Notes: generated by a model from the sequence alone, not told the origin. A stretch of DNA of 64,000 nt from Verrucomicrobiota bacterium (GCA_046346705.1 JAXMHR010000011.1:101812-165811), one strand, 5' to 3'; shown: positions 44,134 through 53,672, numbered from the stretch's first letter. Numbers and translations: made by a program.

Positions 44134-45107
44134 GCAGCCTGCGCCGAGGGCTCCAACACGTGGCCAAAGGACCGGAATTTGCGGTACCGGTTCCGCAGGC
44201 GTTCCTCGACCGATTGGTCACTGACCTCACCGAGGTGGCGCAGCACGGCATCCTTGAGGGACGCCGCCGTGGCCGCCGGGTCGTTGTGGGCGCCGCCAAC
44301 CGGCTCAGAAATTATGTCATCCACCAGGCCCAGTTGGCGGAGATCCGTGGCAGTGATGCGAAGGGCCGCGGCGGCGTCCGGAGCCGCCGATCGGTTCTTC
44401 CAGAGAATGGCCGAGCATCCTTCGGGACTGATGACCGAATAGTATGCGTTTTCGAGAATGAGCACGCGATCGCCGACCCCGATCCCGAGCGCGCCGCCTG
44501 AGCCTCCCTCGCCGATGACCACGGGGATGATGGGTACGTTGAAAAGCATCATCTCCCGCAAATTGACGGCGATGGCCTCGCCGATGTGGCGTTCCTCGGA
44601 TCCGACACCCGGGTAGGCCCCGGCCGTGTCGATCAGGGTGACGATGGGGAGCCCGAATTTGTCGGCCATTCGCATCAACCGGAGCGCCTTGCGGTAACCT
44701 TCGGGATGGGCCGACCCGAAATTGCGGAGGATGTTCTCCTTGGTGTCGCGGCCCTTCTGGGTGCCGATCACCACCACCTTGCGGTCCCCGATCTGGGCGA
44801 AGCCGCCCACGAAGGCCCGGTCGTCACCGTACATGCGATCGCCGTGCAGTTCCTCGAATCCGGTGAAGGCGAGGCGGAGGTAATCCTGCGTGTACGGACG
44901 CTTCGGGTGCCGGGCGAGCTGCACCCGCTGCCAGGGCGTCAGGTTGGAGAAGATGTGACGTCGGGCGTCCTCAATCTTCCGCTGCAGGACGCGGATTTCC
45001 TCCTCCCAGCTGATGCCGAGGGAATGGTTTTCGGGGTGCTGCTTGAGGTCCTCCAGTTTTCGCTGGAGTTCGGCGATGGGTTTTTCGAAATCGAGGTGAT
45101 GTTTCAT
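44130..45107 (-). CDS. accA: acetyl-CoA carboxylase carboxyltransferase subunit alpha
   Basis: Internal start MKHHLDFEKPIAELQRKLEDLK. Contains PWQRVQLARHPKRPY, GGFAQIGDRKVVVIGTQKGRDTKE and LIDTAGAYPGVGSEERH. Confidence 0.92.
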   Translation of the reverse strand: MKHHLDFEKPIAELQRKLEDLKQHPENHSLGISWEEEIRVLQRKIEDARRHIFSNLTPWQRVQLARHPKRPYTQDYLRLAFTGFEELHGDRMYGDDRAFVGGFAQIGDRKVVVIGTQKGRDTKENILRNFGSAHPEGYRKALRLMRMADKFGLPIVTLIDTAGAYPGVGSEERHIGEAIAVNLREMMLFNVPIIPVVIGEGGSGGALGIGVGDRVLILENAYYSVISPEGCSAILWKNRSAAPDAAAALRITATDLRQLGLVDDIISEPVGGAHNDPAATAASLKDAVLRHLGEVSDQSVEERLRNRYRKFRSFGHVLEPSAQAA

Positions 45108-45269
45108 CGCAAAGCGCCGGCGGCTTGAATGCGGCAGGAACCGTAGGGAGCCCCGTCCGGGCAGGCAACGGCCATTTCCACCCCATCCTCCATTGGGCAA
45201 CCCCTTCAACCCGGCCATTTGTATTGGCAACCGCGGCCCCTCGGGCGCCACACTGGGCACCCGAGAATC

Positions 45270-46712
45270 ATGAGCCGAACCCGTCGTCCAGCCACCCCCT
45301 CCGCCGTTGTCTCCCGGTCCGGCCGCTTTACCGGTGGTCCGGATGCCACCGTGGCCACCTTCTCCCAGTCCGTGAGCTTCGACTGGCGCCTGTGGCGTCA
45401 CGACATTCGCGGGTCCATTGCCCACGCGACGATGCTAACCCGGATCGGCGTGCTCACGGGGGCGGAGTTGAAGGCGATCCGGGACGGCTTCGCGGCCATC
45501 ACCTCCGAGATCGAGTCAGGCACCTTTCGCTGGCTGCCTGAACTTGAGGACGTGCACATGAACCTGGAGTCCGAACTCACCCGGCGCGTGCCGGCCGGAG
45601 CCAAGCTTCACACCGGACGCTCCCGCAACGATCAGGTCGCCCTCGACATGCGCCTGTGGCTGCGGGAGGAGGTGACGGCCCTCCGCCAGGACCTCGCGGA
45701 GTTGCAGCGGTCGCTGGTAATGCTGGCCGGGAAAAATGCCGGTGTCCTGATTCCGGGATACACCCATCTTCAGCGGGCGCAGCCGGTGTCCTTCGCCCAC
45801 CACTGCCTCGCCTACGTCGAAATGTTCGCGCGCGATGACTCGCGGTTCGCGGACGGCCAGCACCGGGCGAATGTTTGTCCGCTCGGGTCCGGCGCCATTG
45901 CGGGCAGCACCCTGCCGCTGGACCGCGAGTTGGTGGCGACGCTGCTTGAGTTCACCGATCCGCGTACGGGCAAGCCCCGCGTCACGGCCAACTCGATGGA
46001 CGGCGTCAGCGACCGCGATTTCGCCATCGAGTTCTGCGCCTCCGCGGCGCTACTCGCGGTGCACCTCAGTCGCCTCGCCGAGGACGTCATCCTGTGGGCG
46101 ACGTCGGAGTTCAACTTCATCCGCATCGGCGATTCCTACACCACCGGATCGTCCCTGATGCCGCAGAAGAAGAATCCGGACGTCGCCGAGTTGACTCGGG
46201 GCAAGACCGGACGCGTTGTCGGCAACCTGATGTCGCTGCTGACTCTTCTGAAGGGGCTTCCGATGACCTACAACCGGGACCTGCAGGAGGACAAGGAGCG
46301 GTTGTTCGACACCGCGGACACCATCCGGGCCTGCGTGAAACTGATGGGCGCCATGCTGTCCCACACCACCGTGCGGGCCGACGTGTGCAACGCGGCGGCG
46401 GCGGACCCGCAGCTCCTGGCCACGGACCTCGCGGACTACCTCGTCCGGCGGGGAATGGCCTTCCGGCAGGCGCACCACCTGGTGGGGGCCGTCGTGGCGT
46501 TGGCCGAGCGCAAGGGGTGTCCGCTCGACCAGGTGACTGTCGCCGAGTTGCGCACCGTTTCGGATCAATTCGACGAGGACGTCCAGGAGATCTTTGACCT
46601 GAAGCGGGCCATGGCGCGACGGACGTTGACCGGATCCCCGGGAACCCGGGAGGTGACCCGGCAACTGAAGGCGTGGCGTCGCCGACTGGGAGTGGATTCC
46701 TCAAAGTCGTAG
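45270..46712 (+). CDS. argH: argininosuccinate lyase
   Basis: DIRGSIAHATMLTRIG, TGRSRNDQVALD, GYTHLQRAQP and GSSLMPQKKNPDVAEL. Confidence 0.92.
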   Translation: MSRTRRPATPSAVVSRSGRFTGGPDATVATFSQSVSFDWRLWRHDIRGSIAHATMLTRIGVLTGAELKAIRDGFAAITSEIESGTFRWLPELEDVHMNLESELTRRVPAGAKLHTGRSRNDQVALDMRLWLREEVTALRQDLAELQRSLVMLAGKNAGVLIPGYTHLQRAQPVSFAHHCLAYVEMFARDDSRFADGQHRANVCPLGSGAIAGSTLPLDRELVATLLEFTDPRTGKPRVTANSMDGVSDRDFAIEFCASAALLAVHLSRLAEDVILWATSEFNFIRIGDSYTTGSSLMPQKKNPDVAELTRGKTGRVVGNLMSLLTLLKGLPMTYNRDLQEDKERLFDTADTIRACVKLMGAMLSHTTVRADVCNAAAADPQLLATDLADYLVRRGMAFRQAHHLVGAVVALAERKGCPLDQVTVAELRTVSDQFDEDVQEIFDLKRAMARRTLTGSPGTREVTRQLKAWRRRLGVDSSKS

Positions 46713-46772
46713 GAGCGATCCTGTGGACGCATCCGCGTGCATTCAGTTGCCCGCAGCCGGAAGGTCCGCGTC

Positions 46773-47486
46773 ATGATTGAAGTCGTCCTCGCCAACCTCA
46801 CCGAAATCCCGATCCCGGATGCGGCGCTGTGGGCGCTGCTGGATTCGGACGAGGCGGCGCGCGCGGCGCGGTTCCACTTTGAGCGGGATCGGATGCGCTT
46901 TGTGCGCCGGCGCTCTTTTCGCCGGATCTGGATCGGCGCGCGCCTGGGGATTGAGCCCCGTGCGCTCCGGTTTGAGGCCGGTCAACACGGCAAGCCGTCC
47001 GTGGCCGGGCTGCCGGCCGGTTGGGCCTTCAACTGTTCTTCTTCCGCCGATCAGGCATTGCTGGCGTGGTCCACCGAAGGTCCGGTGGGAGTGGACCTCG
47101 AATGGCATCGTCCCCTGGAACCCGACCTGGCCTTTGTGGCTGAGCGGTTCGCCCCCGCGGAGCGCGCGGCGATCCGGGAGGCGTCGGGGCCTGGGAAGTC
47201 CCGGTACTTCTTCGATTGCTGGGCGCGCAAGGAGGCCTTTGTGAAGGCAGTCGGGATCGGGCTCTCCCTGGACCTCGACACGTTTGAGGTTCCGCTCGCT
47301 CCCGGCGTCCAGTCGGTGCGGGTGCGCTGGACCGGGGTGCCCAAGGCGGCCGGCGACTGGTACGCGACGGCGTTGGACGTGGGCGCTGAGTTTTCCGCCG
47401 CCGTCGTTGCGGATCACCCTTTCGAAGTGGGTTGGGTTCCTGCGAACGGGTCGTGGCCGGGAGGGACGGAAGCAGGCTCGCGCTGA
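46773..47486 (+). CDS. 4'-phosphopantetheinyl transferase (Sfp-type)
   Basis: GKPSV, VGVDLEW and FDCWARKEAFVKAVG motifs. Confidence 0.75.
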   Translation: MIEVVLANLTEIPIPDAALWALLDSDEAARAARFHFERDRMRFVRRRSFRRIWIGARLGIEPRALRFEAGQHGKPSVAGLPAGWAFNCSSSADQALLAWSTEGPVGVDLEWHRPLEPDLAFVAERFAPAERAAIREASGPGKSRYFFDCWARKEAFVKAVGIGLSLDLDTFEVPLAPGVQSVRVRWTGVPKAAGDWYATALDVGAEFSAAVVADHPFEVGWVPANGSWPGGTEAGSR

Positions 47487-47511
47487 GCGGCGCCTCCGCA
47501 ATCGTCAACCC

Positions 47512-47784
47512 TCACTTCCGTCGAAGGCGATTGCCCAAAGCGAGTGCGGCGACTCCTCCGAGGGCGAGTAGGGCGCTGGGGGAGGGTTCGGGCACCTGAA
47601 CCGGGGACAGAATAGTGCCGTTATCCATCATCTGGCCCCGATAGTCTCCGGTCAGGATTGGCGCAGGTGCGGGCGGCGGCGAAGAGATAAAGTCGGCGGC
47701 CAAGGCGGCCGTCCCGATGAAAACCAAGGCCGAGGCGAGTAGAACGGTTCGGAGGGCTGGTCTTCGGTTCACGGGAGAAAGCAT
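47512..47784 (-). CDS. minimal PEP-CTERM protein (90 aa)
   Basis: A signal peptide, then about 40 residues, then VPEPSPSALLALGGVAALALGNRLRRK. Confidence 0.65.
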   Translation of the reverse strand: MLSPVNRRPALRTVLLASALVFIGTAALAADFISSPPPAPAPILTGDYRGQMMDNGTILSPVQVPEPSPSALLALGGVAALALGNRLRRK

Positions 47785-47848
47785 TCAAAGGCGTTGGGTT
47801 ACGGGCAAGACGAAACCCACAAACTGAGATCCGTCATCCACTGTAAGA

Positions 47849-48313
47849 TCATGAGGCTCTGGTCCCGTCGGGTGCTGCGAAGTGGATCCCATGATCCTTG
47901 GCTATCTGGACGGCCCGGGCCATGTCTGGTCCGCCGGGCCGTGCGAATTCCTCAGCAGCGGCGCCGAAGAATTTCTCAAAGCCCCCCGGGGTTGCCTGGA
48001 TCAGCATGCGGGTGGTGCGGTCGGTGTTGTTCCGGAATGTGTGCACTTGGCCGCGGGGCGCGAGCACGGTGTCCCCGGGCCCGGCGTCCACCCAGCGTCC
48101 GTCGGCGAAGAAGCTCACGGTGCCCTCCAGCACGTGGAAGCATTCGTCCTCGCGGTCGTGCCAATGGGGCGGCGGCCCGCCACCCGGCGGGGTCAGTTCG
48201 GTAAACAGGGCGAAGCGCCCGTCCGTCTGTTCGGACGTGAGGTGCAGGTGGAGTTCCTCACCGAAGGCGCGGAGGACGGTGGATTGTGCGGCGGAGGTCA
48301 GTGTGGTCTTCAT
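47849..48313 (-). CDS. cupin domain protein
   Basis: Start at MKTTLTSAAQ. PPHWHDREDECFHVLEG...GDTVLAPRGQVHTF is a two-motif cupin signature. Confidence 0.75.
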   Translation of the reverse strand: MKTTLTSAAQSTVLRAFGEELHLHLTSEQTDGRFALFTELTPPGGGPPPHWHDREDECFHVLEGTVSFFADGRWVDAGPGDTVLAPRGQVHTFRNNTDRTTRMLIQATPGGFEKFFGAAAEEFARPGGPDMARAVQIAKDHGIHFAAPDGTRAS

Positions 48314-48381
48314 GATGCGATGTCGGATCCAGTCTGCCCGCCGGCGGCGCCGGGGAAAAATACCCGTTGGATTGGCGTCGC

Positions 48382-48396
48382 ATACCTTTTGGGTAT
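48382..48396. promoter_or_regulatory. candidate LysR-type T-N11-A box
   Basis: ATACCTTTTGGGTAT is a dyad (ATACC-N5-GGTAT) in the cupin/LysR divergent intergenic region. Confidence 0.4.
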
Positions 48397-48409
48397 GGTG
48401 TCCGCCGTC

Positions 48410-49315
48410 ATGGAACTGCGTCACCTACGCTATTTCGTCGCGGTCGCCGAGGAGCGGGGCATCACGCGGGCGGCGGCGCGCCTGCATGTGTCCCAGCCGC
48501 CCCTGAGCCGGCAGATCCGGGACCTGGAGTCCGAGATGCAGGTCCCGCTGTTCACCCGCGGGGCGCGCGAGGTGACCCTGACTGCGGCTGGACGTCGATT
48601 CCTGCGCGACGCGCGGGACATCCTTCGGCGCGTGGACGTCGCGATGGGCCGGGCCCGGAGCGCCGCGCCGGCGGCGGTGGGGGAGATCCGGGTGGGCTTC
48701 TCGCCGACTCCGGCCACGGAGATTCTTCCCGAGGGATTGAAGCGCTTTCAGAAGACCCATCCGCGGGTCCCGGTGGTGCTGTTGGATCAGGAGAGCCGGG
48801 AACTGCTGGCGGGGGTCCGCTCCCGCAAACTGGACGTTGCCTTCATGATCGAACCGCCGCTCGGGAGCGGGCGCGTGCTGCGGTTTGAGCCGTTGCAGGA
48901 ACTGCCGATTGGCATCCTGGTGGGGCATGAGCATCCGCTGGCCCGGCGCCGTTCGGTGACGGTGGAGGAGGTGTTGGGACAGCCGATCGTCGCCTTCGCA
49001 CGGAAGGGGTATCCGGACTACCACCTCTGGCTGCGGCGCCTGCTCCGGCATGCGCGGCGTCCGGCGCGGTTGGTGGGTTGGGCGGACGGGGCCACGTCCC
49101 TGATGGCCGCCGTCGAGGCGGGGCAGGGCATTGCCTTTGGCCCGCCGGCCTACGCGGTCGTCGCCGGGAAGCGGGCGAAATATCTTCCGATCGTCCCTCC
49201 GGTTCCACCCGTGCGACTGGGCTGCGTCCTGTGCACCGGTCGTGTATCCGCGGAGGTCGTGGCCTTCGTGGAATCCCTGCGGGCGGCGTGTGCCGGGATG
49301 GTGACCACCGACTGA
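48410..49315 (+). CDS. LysR family transcriptional regulator
   Basis: Start at MELRHLRYFVAVAEERGITRAAARLHVSQPPLSRQIRDLE. Divergent from the cupin gene. Confidence 0.88.
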   Translation: MELRHLRYFVAVAEERGITRAAARLHVSQPPLSRQIRDLESEMQVPLFTRGAREVTLTAAGRRFLRDARDILRRVDVAMGRARSAAPAAVGEIRVGFSPTPATEILPEGLKRFQKTHPRVPVVLLDQESRELLAGVRSRKLDVAFMIEPPLGSGRVLRFEPLQELPIGILVGHEHPLARRRSVTVEEVLGQPIVAFARKGYPDYHLWLRRLLRHARRPARLVGWADGATSLMAAVEAGQGIAFGPPAYAVVAGKRAKYLPIVPPVPPVRLGCVLCTGRVSAEVVAFVESLRAACAGMVTTD

Positions 49316-49347
49316 AGATTCGCTCTGCGCGGCGGGGGCGGACGGTT

Positions 49348-49752
49348 TTACCGGTTGGAGCGAAGAAGCCGTCGCAGCCGCTCCGTCGTCTGCTCCCGAT
49401 CCAGGCGGCTGGCGGCCAGGTCCAGCGTCAATGCCTCCCACGCCTCAACCTCCAGTTCCTCTTTCGTGAGCAATCCATTGGTACTGAGGAAGACGAGGCA
49501 GGTCGCCAGGGCCGCGCGTTTGTTGGCATCCACAAACGGGTGGTTGCGGCACAAATAAAACAGGTAGGCCGCCGCGATTTCCACCGGGTCGGTAAACAAC
49601 GGCCTGCCCATCATCGTGGCCTGCGGGGCCGCCACGGCCGATTCGAGCAAGGCTTCGTCCCTCAGGCCCGTGCCGCCTCCGTGTGCGGCGAGCACCTCCG
49701 CGTGGATGGCCTTCACCGCCTCGACGGTGGGATGCAGGAGCGGCGGCTTCAT
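49348..49752 (-). CDS. doc: Doc (death-on-curing) Fic-family toxin
   Basis: HPFVDANKRAA matches the Doc-type Fic motif. Length is 134 aa, with a 4-nt overlap with the upstream antitoxin gene. Confidence 0.8.
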   Translation of the reverse strand: MKPPLLHPTVEAVKAIHAEVLAAHGGGTGLRDEALLESAVAAPQATMMGRPLFTDPVEIAAAYLFYLCRNHPFVDANKRAALATCLVFLSTNGLLTKEELEVEAWEALTLDLAASRLDREQTTERLRRLLRSNR

Positions 49753-49976
49753 GAGAGCCGTCGAAACAGTTCCGAGTTTTTGCGAATCAAGCGCTGGGCG
49801 GTGGCCGCTGCCTGGTCCGCCTGGATCACGGGCCGCACCGGAGTCAGTACGACGGACCCGCCTTCATGCACGCTGACCGTCACCTGGTCACCCACCTTGA
49901 GCCGGGCCAGGTCCATCAGGGCAGCGTCCAGCATCAGCCCCTGCGAATTCCCGATCTTGGTGATGGTCTTGATCAT
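49749..49976 (-). CDS. AbrB/MazE/SpoVT-fold antitoxin
   Basis: MIKTITKIGNSQGLMLDAALMDLARLKVGDQVTV is a swapped-hairpin barrel signature. Length is 75 aa. Confidence 0.75.
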   Translation of the reverse strand: MIKTITKIGNSQGLMLDAALMDLARLKVGDQVTVSVHEGGSVVLTPVRPVIQADQAAATAQRLIRKNSELFRRLS

Positions 49977-50265
49977 GGAGTCAAACTATGTTTTACGATG
50001 AGTTGACGTCAAACCCGAACTCTGGAGGGAGGAGGTGGGATTGGGAATCCGCTCAGCGTTTGAGGTCCTCCGCAATGGTGGCGAACTGTTCGAGGGTGGC
50101 CACGAGATCGTCGGTGATCTCCTGGGCATTGATCCTTGGGGTTGGCAGGTTGGCGGATTCCTCCAAGGCCTCGTTCTGCAGATAGAAGTGGTCGAGGTTC
50201 CCCGAGGGTGCGCGGGGCGTAAGAAACGTGGGGAGGGAGGGCGGTTCCAAACTCCTGATGGAGAG

Positions 50266-50342
50266 TGGTGCACCCGTGAGGAGTCGAACCTCAAACCTGC
50301 TGATCCGTAGTCAGCCGCTCTATCCAATTGAGCTACGGGTGC
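50266..50342 (-). tRNA. tRNA-Arg (anticodon ACG), CCA encoded
   Basis: Hand-folded. Acceptor GCACCCG/CGGGTGC, D arm GCTC-AATTGGATA-GAGC, anticodon arm GCTGA-CTACGGA-TCAGC, T arm TGAGG-TTCGACT-CCTCA, then discriminator A and CCA. Confidence 0.9.
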
Positions 50343-50578
50343 GAACCGGGCCGGAAACTAGGAATGGCCCCGCAGAGCGGCAAGACCGTTTTTCGGGAAT
50401 CATTGAGGCCCAAAGTGAGATTGGACTTGGAATTCTCCAGCGTCTGGGATGCAGGCGCGGGGCGGTCCGGGCGCGCGACGCTCCCGGGCGGGGCCGGCCC
50501 GTGCCGGTGACAGTCCATGGCGGCAGGCTTGCCAAGGCCGGTCAGGGTCCTGAATTGTTCGGTGCTCTCTGGCTTCGC

Positions 50579-51295
50579 ATGGGACGGCATCTCAAATGGG
50601 CACAGGTGTACCGCTTTTACGAGCGCGTGGAGCCGTTGCTCAAACACTCGATCCCCAAGGAGGAGAAACCGCGCGGCCCGCGAATCCTCGTCCTGGCCCC
50701 GCACATCGATGACGAAACGATCGGCTGCGGCGGGGTGATGATGAAGCACGTCGCCGCGGGGGACCGGGTGGCGATTGTCACGGTGGCGGATTGCACGCCC
50801 GAGCGCATCGCGGAGGGGCGGGCGGCGGGGGCGATCCTGGGCGTCCAACGGCAGGAGTTTCTTCCGTTTGCCTCCAAGACGCTGCTCGACGATCCGGCGG
50901 TGGCGGCGCGTCTGCGGGACTGTTTCCGCGAGGAGTCGCCGGACCTCGTGTACGTGCCGGCGCTGCTCGACCGGCATTCGGATCATGTCGCCCTGAACCA
51001 GCTCGTGGCGCGGCTCTCGAAGGAGGAGGGCTGGAACGGCATGTTGTACGGGTACGAGGTCTGGAGCACGTGCACGCCGAATGTCGCGGTGGACATCACG
51101 GCGCAGCGGGACCGCAAGGCGGCGGCCCTGGCGTGCTTCGCCAGCCAGAACCGGTCCAACAACTGGGCGGATGCGTCGTTGTCCCTGAATCGCTACCGGG
51201 GGATCACGACGGGCGCCGGCGATTTTGCGGAGGCTTTTCATCGCATGACCGCGGCCCGGCACCGGGAGTTGGTCGGCCAGCTCTGGAGGTCGTGA
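50579..51295 (+). CDS. PIG-L/LmbE family N-acetylglucosaminyl deacetylase
   Basis: ILVLAPHIDDETIGCGG (AHPDDE-type motif) and RHSDHVAL. The start was chosen downstream of the tRNA. Confidence 0.75.
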   Translation: MGRHLKWAQVYRFYERVEPLLKHSIPKEEKPRGPRILVLAPHIDDETIGCGGVMMKHVAAGDRVAIVTVADCTPERIAEGRAAGAILGVQRQEFLPFASKTLLDDPAVAARLRDCFREESPDLVYVPALLDRHSDHVALNQLVARLSKEEGWNGMLYGYEVWSTCTPNVAVDITAQRDRKAAALACFASQNRSNNWADASLSLNRYRGITTGAGDFAEAFHRMTAARHRELVGQLWRS

Positions 51296-52425
51296 TGGCG
51301 CGCATCATCCAACTCATCGACGGGGGGGGGCGGGGCGGTGCGGACCGCGTGGCGGTGGCGTTGGGGGACGGGCTACGTGCGCTGGGATACGACGTGGTGT
51401 TCGCGGTGAATCCCGAGTTCCTCAAGTACCAGTCCTCGGTGCAGCAGCATCATGAGTGTCGTCCGATCACACGGTTTCGGGGCCTGCCGTGGGCGGAGAT
51501 CAAAGAGTTCAAGGCGTTCGCGTCCGGAGCGGACCTGGTGTTGACCCATGATTCCGGCAGCCGGCATTTCGCGCTGTGGGCGAAGGGGCTGGGATTGCGT
51601 CCGCCCGTATGGTTCCTGCGGCACTGCATCAGCGGCACAACACGGTTTGGCGGCGTGCAGCTGCACCGGCTGCTGGTGGAGCGACACGTCGCGGTCAGCG
51701 ATGTCATCGCGAGGGATTTGGTCGAGGGGGGGTATCCGAGGAACACCGTCAGCCGCATTTACGGTGGTGTGGACCTTTCGCCGTTTGTGAACCCGGATCC
51801 GGCGCGGGTGGCGGCGGCGCGCCGCGAGTTGCTGGGGGATGTCCCGGCGGGAACGCTCATTCTAGGGATGGTGGCGCGCCTGAACCTGGGGCCGGACTGG
51901 CGCCCGGACCGCCCGGACTTCAAGGGCTACGACGTGTTGTTTGGGGCGTTGTCGCAGGTGAAGTTTCCCTGGCGGGTGCTGACGCTGGGACCGGAGGGTC
52001 GCGTCGCGCAGGATGCGGTGCGCCAGATTGCGGGGCATCAGGGATGTGATCCGGCGCGGATTTTGTTCGCGGGCTTTGTAAAGGAGCCTTCGGCGCATTA
52101 TGCGCTGATGGACCTGAACGTCCTGCCTTCGCGGAAGGAGGGTCTCGGCCTGGCTGTGGTGGAGGGAATGGCGGCCGGGGTGCCGACGCTCGGGAGCCGG
52201 AGTGGAGGGATCTCGGAGATCATTGAGGACGGAGAAAGCGGGCTTTTGTTTGAGTCGGGGAATCCGGGATCGCTCCGGGCCGCTTTGGAGCAGGTGGTCT
52301 CGAATCGTCCGCTGCGGGAGCGGATTGCAGTGGGCGGGCGGAAGCGCGCCCTGGAGTCGTTTGATGCGCCCGTAATGGTGCGCGCGTTCGACGCGCTATT
52401 GCGGCGGGAGTTGAAGCCGCGGTGA
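51295..52425 (+). CDS. glycosyltransferase family 4 (GT-B)
   Basis: EGLGLAVVEGMAAGVPTLGSRSGGISEIIEDGESGLLF is the GT4 C-terminal motif. Its ATG overlaps the PIG-L stop (GTGATGG). Confidence 0.8.
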   Translation: MARIIQLIDGGGRGGADRVAVALGDGLRALGYDVVFAVNPEFLKYQSSVQQHHECRPITRFRGLPWAEIKEFKAFASGADLVLTHDSGSRHFALWAKGLGLRPPVWFLRHCISGTTRFGGVQLHRLLVERHVAVSDVIARDLVEGGYPRNTVSRIYGGVDLSPFVNPDPARVAAARRELLGDVPAGTLILGMVARLNLGPDWRPDRPDFKGYDVLFGALSQVKFPWRVLTLGPEGRVAQDAVRQIAGHQGCDPARILFAGFVKEPSAHYALMDLNVLPSRKEGLGLAVVEGMAAGVPTLGSRSGGISEIIEDGESGLLFESGNPGSLRAALEQVVSNRPLRERIAVGGRKRALESFDAPVMVRAFDALLRRELKPR

Positions 52426-52481
52426 AGGGAGCGGTGCCGGGCGGAGCTCCCGAAGGGATCGGAGTCTCGTGACCTGGTCTT

Positions 52482-53672
52482 CTACGGATTCGGGCGTGCG
52501 GGAGATTCCAAGTCCGGCAGGAAGGCGGCGAGCAGGCCGATGAGGGGCAGGAACGCGCACACCTGAAATACGAACCGGATGCTGGTTTGGTCAGCGAGTT
52601 TTCCGAGCACCGCCGCGCCGATGCCCGCCATCCCGAAGGCGAATCCGAAGAACAGTCCGGAAACGAAACCCACCCGGCCGGGCAGCAGTTCCTGGGCGTA
52701 GACCAGGATGGCGGAGAAGGCCGAGGACAGGATGAGCCCGATGAGCACGGACGCGATCGCGGCCCCGGCGAGGTTGAGGTAGGGCAGGGCGAGCGTGAAC
52801 GGGGCGACGCCGAGGATGGAGGCCCAGATCACGCGGCGGCGTCCGATGCGATCCCCGACCGGGCCGCCGGCGATGGTCCCGGCGGCGACGGCGAACAGGA
52901 ACACGAACAGGTAGATCTGGGCGGTGGTGGCCGGGAGCGCAAACCGGTCCATGAGGTAGAACGTGTAGTAGTTCCCGAGGGCGGCGAGGTAGAAGTATTT
53001 GGAGAAGATCAGGGCCAGCAGGATGGCGAGGGCGCGGACGATCACGCCCGGAGGACGCAGCGAGGGCGGCGCGGGGGCAGGACCGGAGGCGCGGTTGCGA
53101 TGCGACGGGTGGGCGCTCCGCCAGCGTCCGACCCCGAACAGGACGCCCGCAGCCGCGAGGGCCACGAGGGAGAACGCGGCGAGGCTGTGTTGTCCCCGCG
53201 GCATGATGATGAGCGCGGCGAGCAGCGGTCCGAGGGCGGTGCCGGCGTTGCCCCCGACCTGGAAAAGGGATTGTGCGAAGCCGCGGCGGAGTCCGGCGGC
53301 AAGATGTGCGGCGCGCGAGGCTTCCGGGTGGAAGATGGAGGATCCCACGCCCACCAGCGCTGCCGCGGCCAGCACGAGGTGGAACGAGTCCGCCGCAGCC
53401 AGCAGCAGGACGCCGGCGGTCGTGATCCCCATTCCCACGGTAAGGGCGAAGGGGCTCGGATGCCGGTCGAGGAGGAGTCCGACGAGCGGCTGCAGCACCG
53501 AGGCGGTGAGCTGGAAGCAGAGCGTGATCAGGCCCAATTGCGCGAAGCTCAGGTGCAGCGAGTCCTTGAGCAGCGGATAGGTCGCGGGGATTAGCGACTG
53601 GACCGTGTCGTTCAGGAGGTGCGCAAGGCTCAGCGCGAACAGGACCGGCAGGACGGTGCGCGGGGAGTTCAC
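52482..53672 (-). CDS. MFS transporter (Fsr/fosmidomycin-resistance-like)
   Basis: LSLAHLLNDTVQSLIPATYPLLKDSLHLSFAQLGLI N-terminus and 12 predicted helices. Confidence 0.7.
   Translation of the reverse strand: MNSPRTVLPVLFALSLAHLLNDTVQSLIPATYPLLKDSLHLSFAQLGLITLCFQLTASVLQPLVGLLLDRHPSPFALTVGMGITTAGVLLLAAADSFHLVLAAAALVGVGSSIFHPEASRAAHLAAGLRRGFAQSLFQVGGNAGTALGPLLAALIIMPRGQHSLAAFSLVALAAAGVLFGVGRWRSAHPSHRNRASGPAPAPPSLRPPGVIVRALAILLALIFSKYFYLAALGNYYTFYLMDRFALPATTAQIYLFVFLFAVAAGTIAGGPVGDRIGRRRVIWASILGVAPFTLALPYLNLAGAAIASVLIGLILSSAFSAILVYAQELLPGRVGFVSGLFFGFAFGMAGIGAAVLGKLADQTSIRFVFQVCAFLPLIGLLAAFLPDLESPARPNP

Noticed and set aside
50053-50250. 65-aa minus-strand ORF between the antitoxin and the tRNA as a real gene
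   Set aside because: It has only a TTG start, and its frame stays open into the tRNA gene. I treat it as a possible gene fragment and mention it under the toxin-antitoxin/tRNA finding, not as a feature.
49976-50266. Integrated island boundary (att repeat) at tRNA-Arg
   Set aside because: I looked by eye for a second copy of the tRNA 3' half (GGTTCGACTCCTCACGGGTGCA) to the left and did not see one. I cannot claim an island without a computed repeat search.
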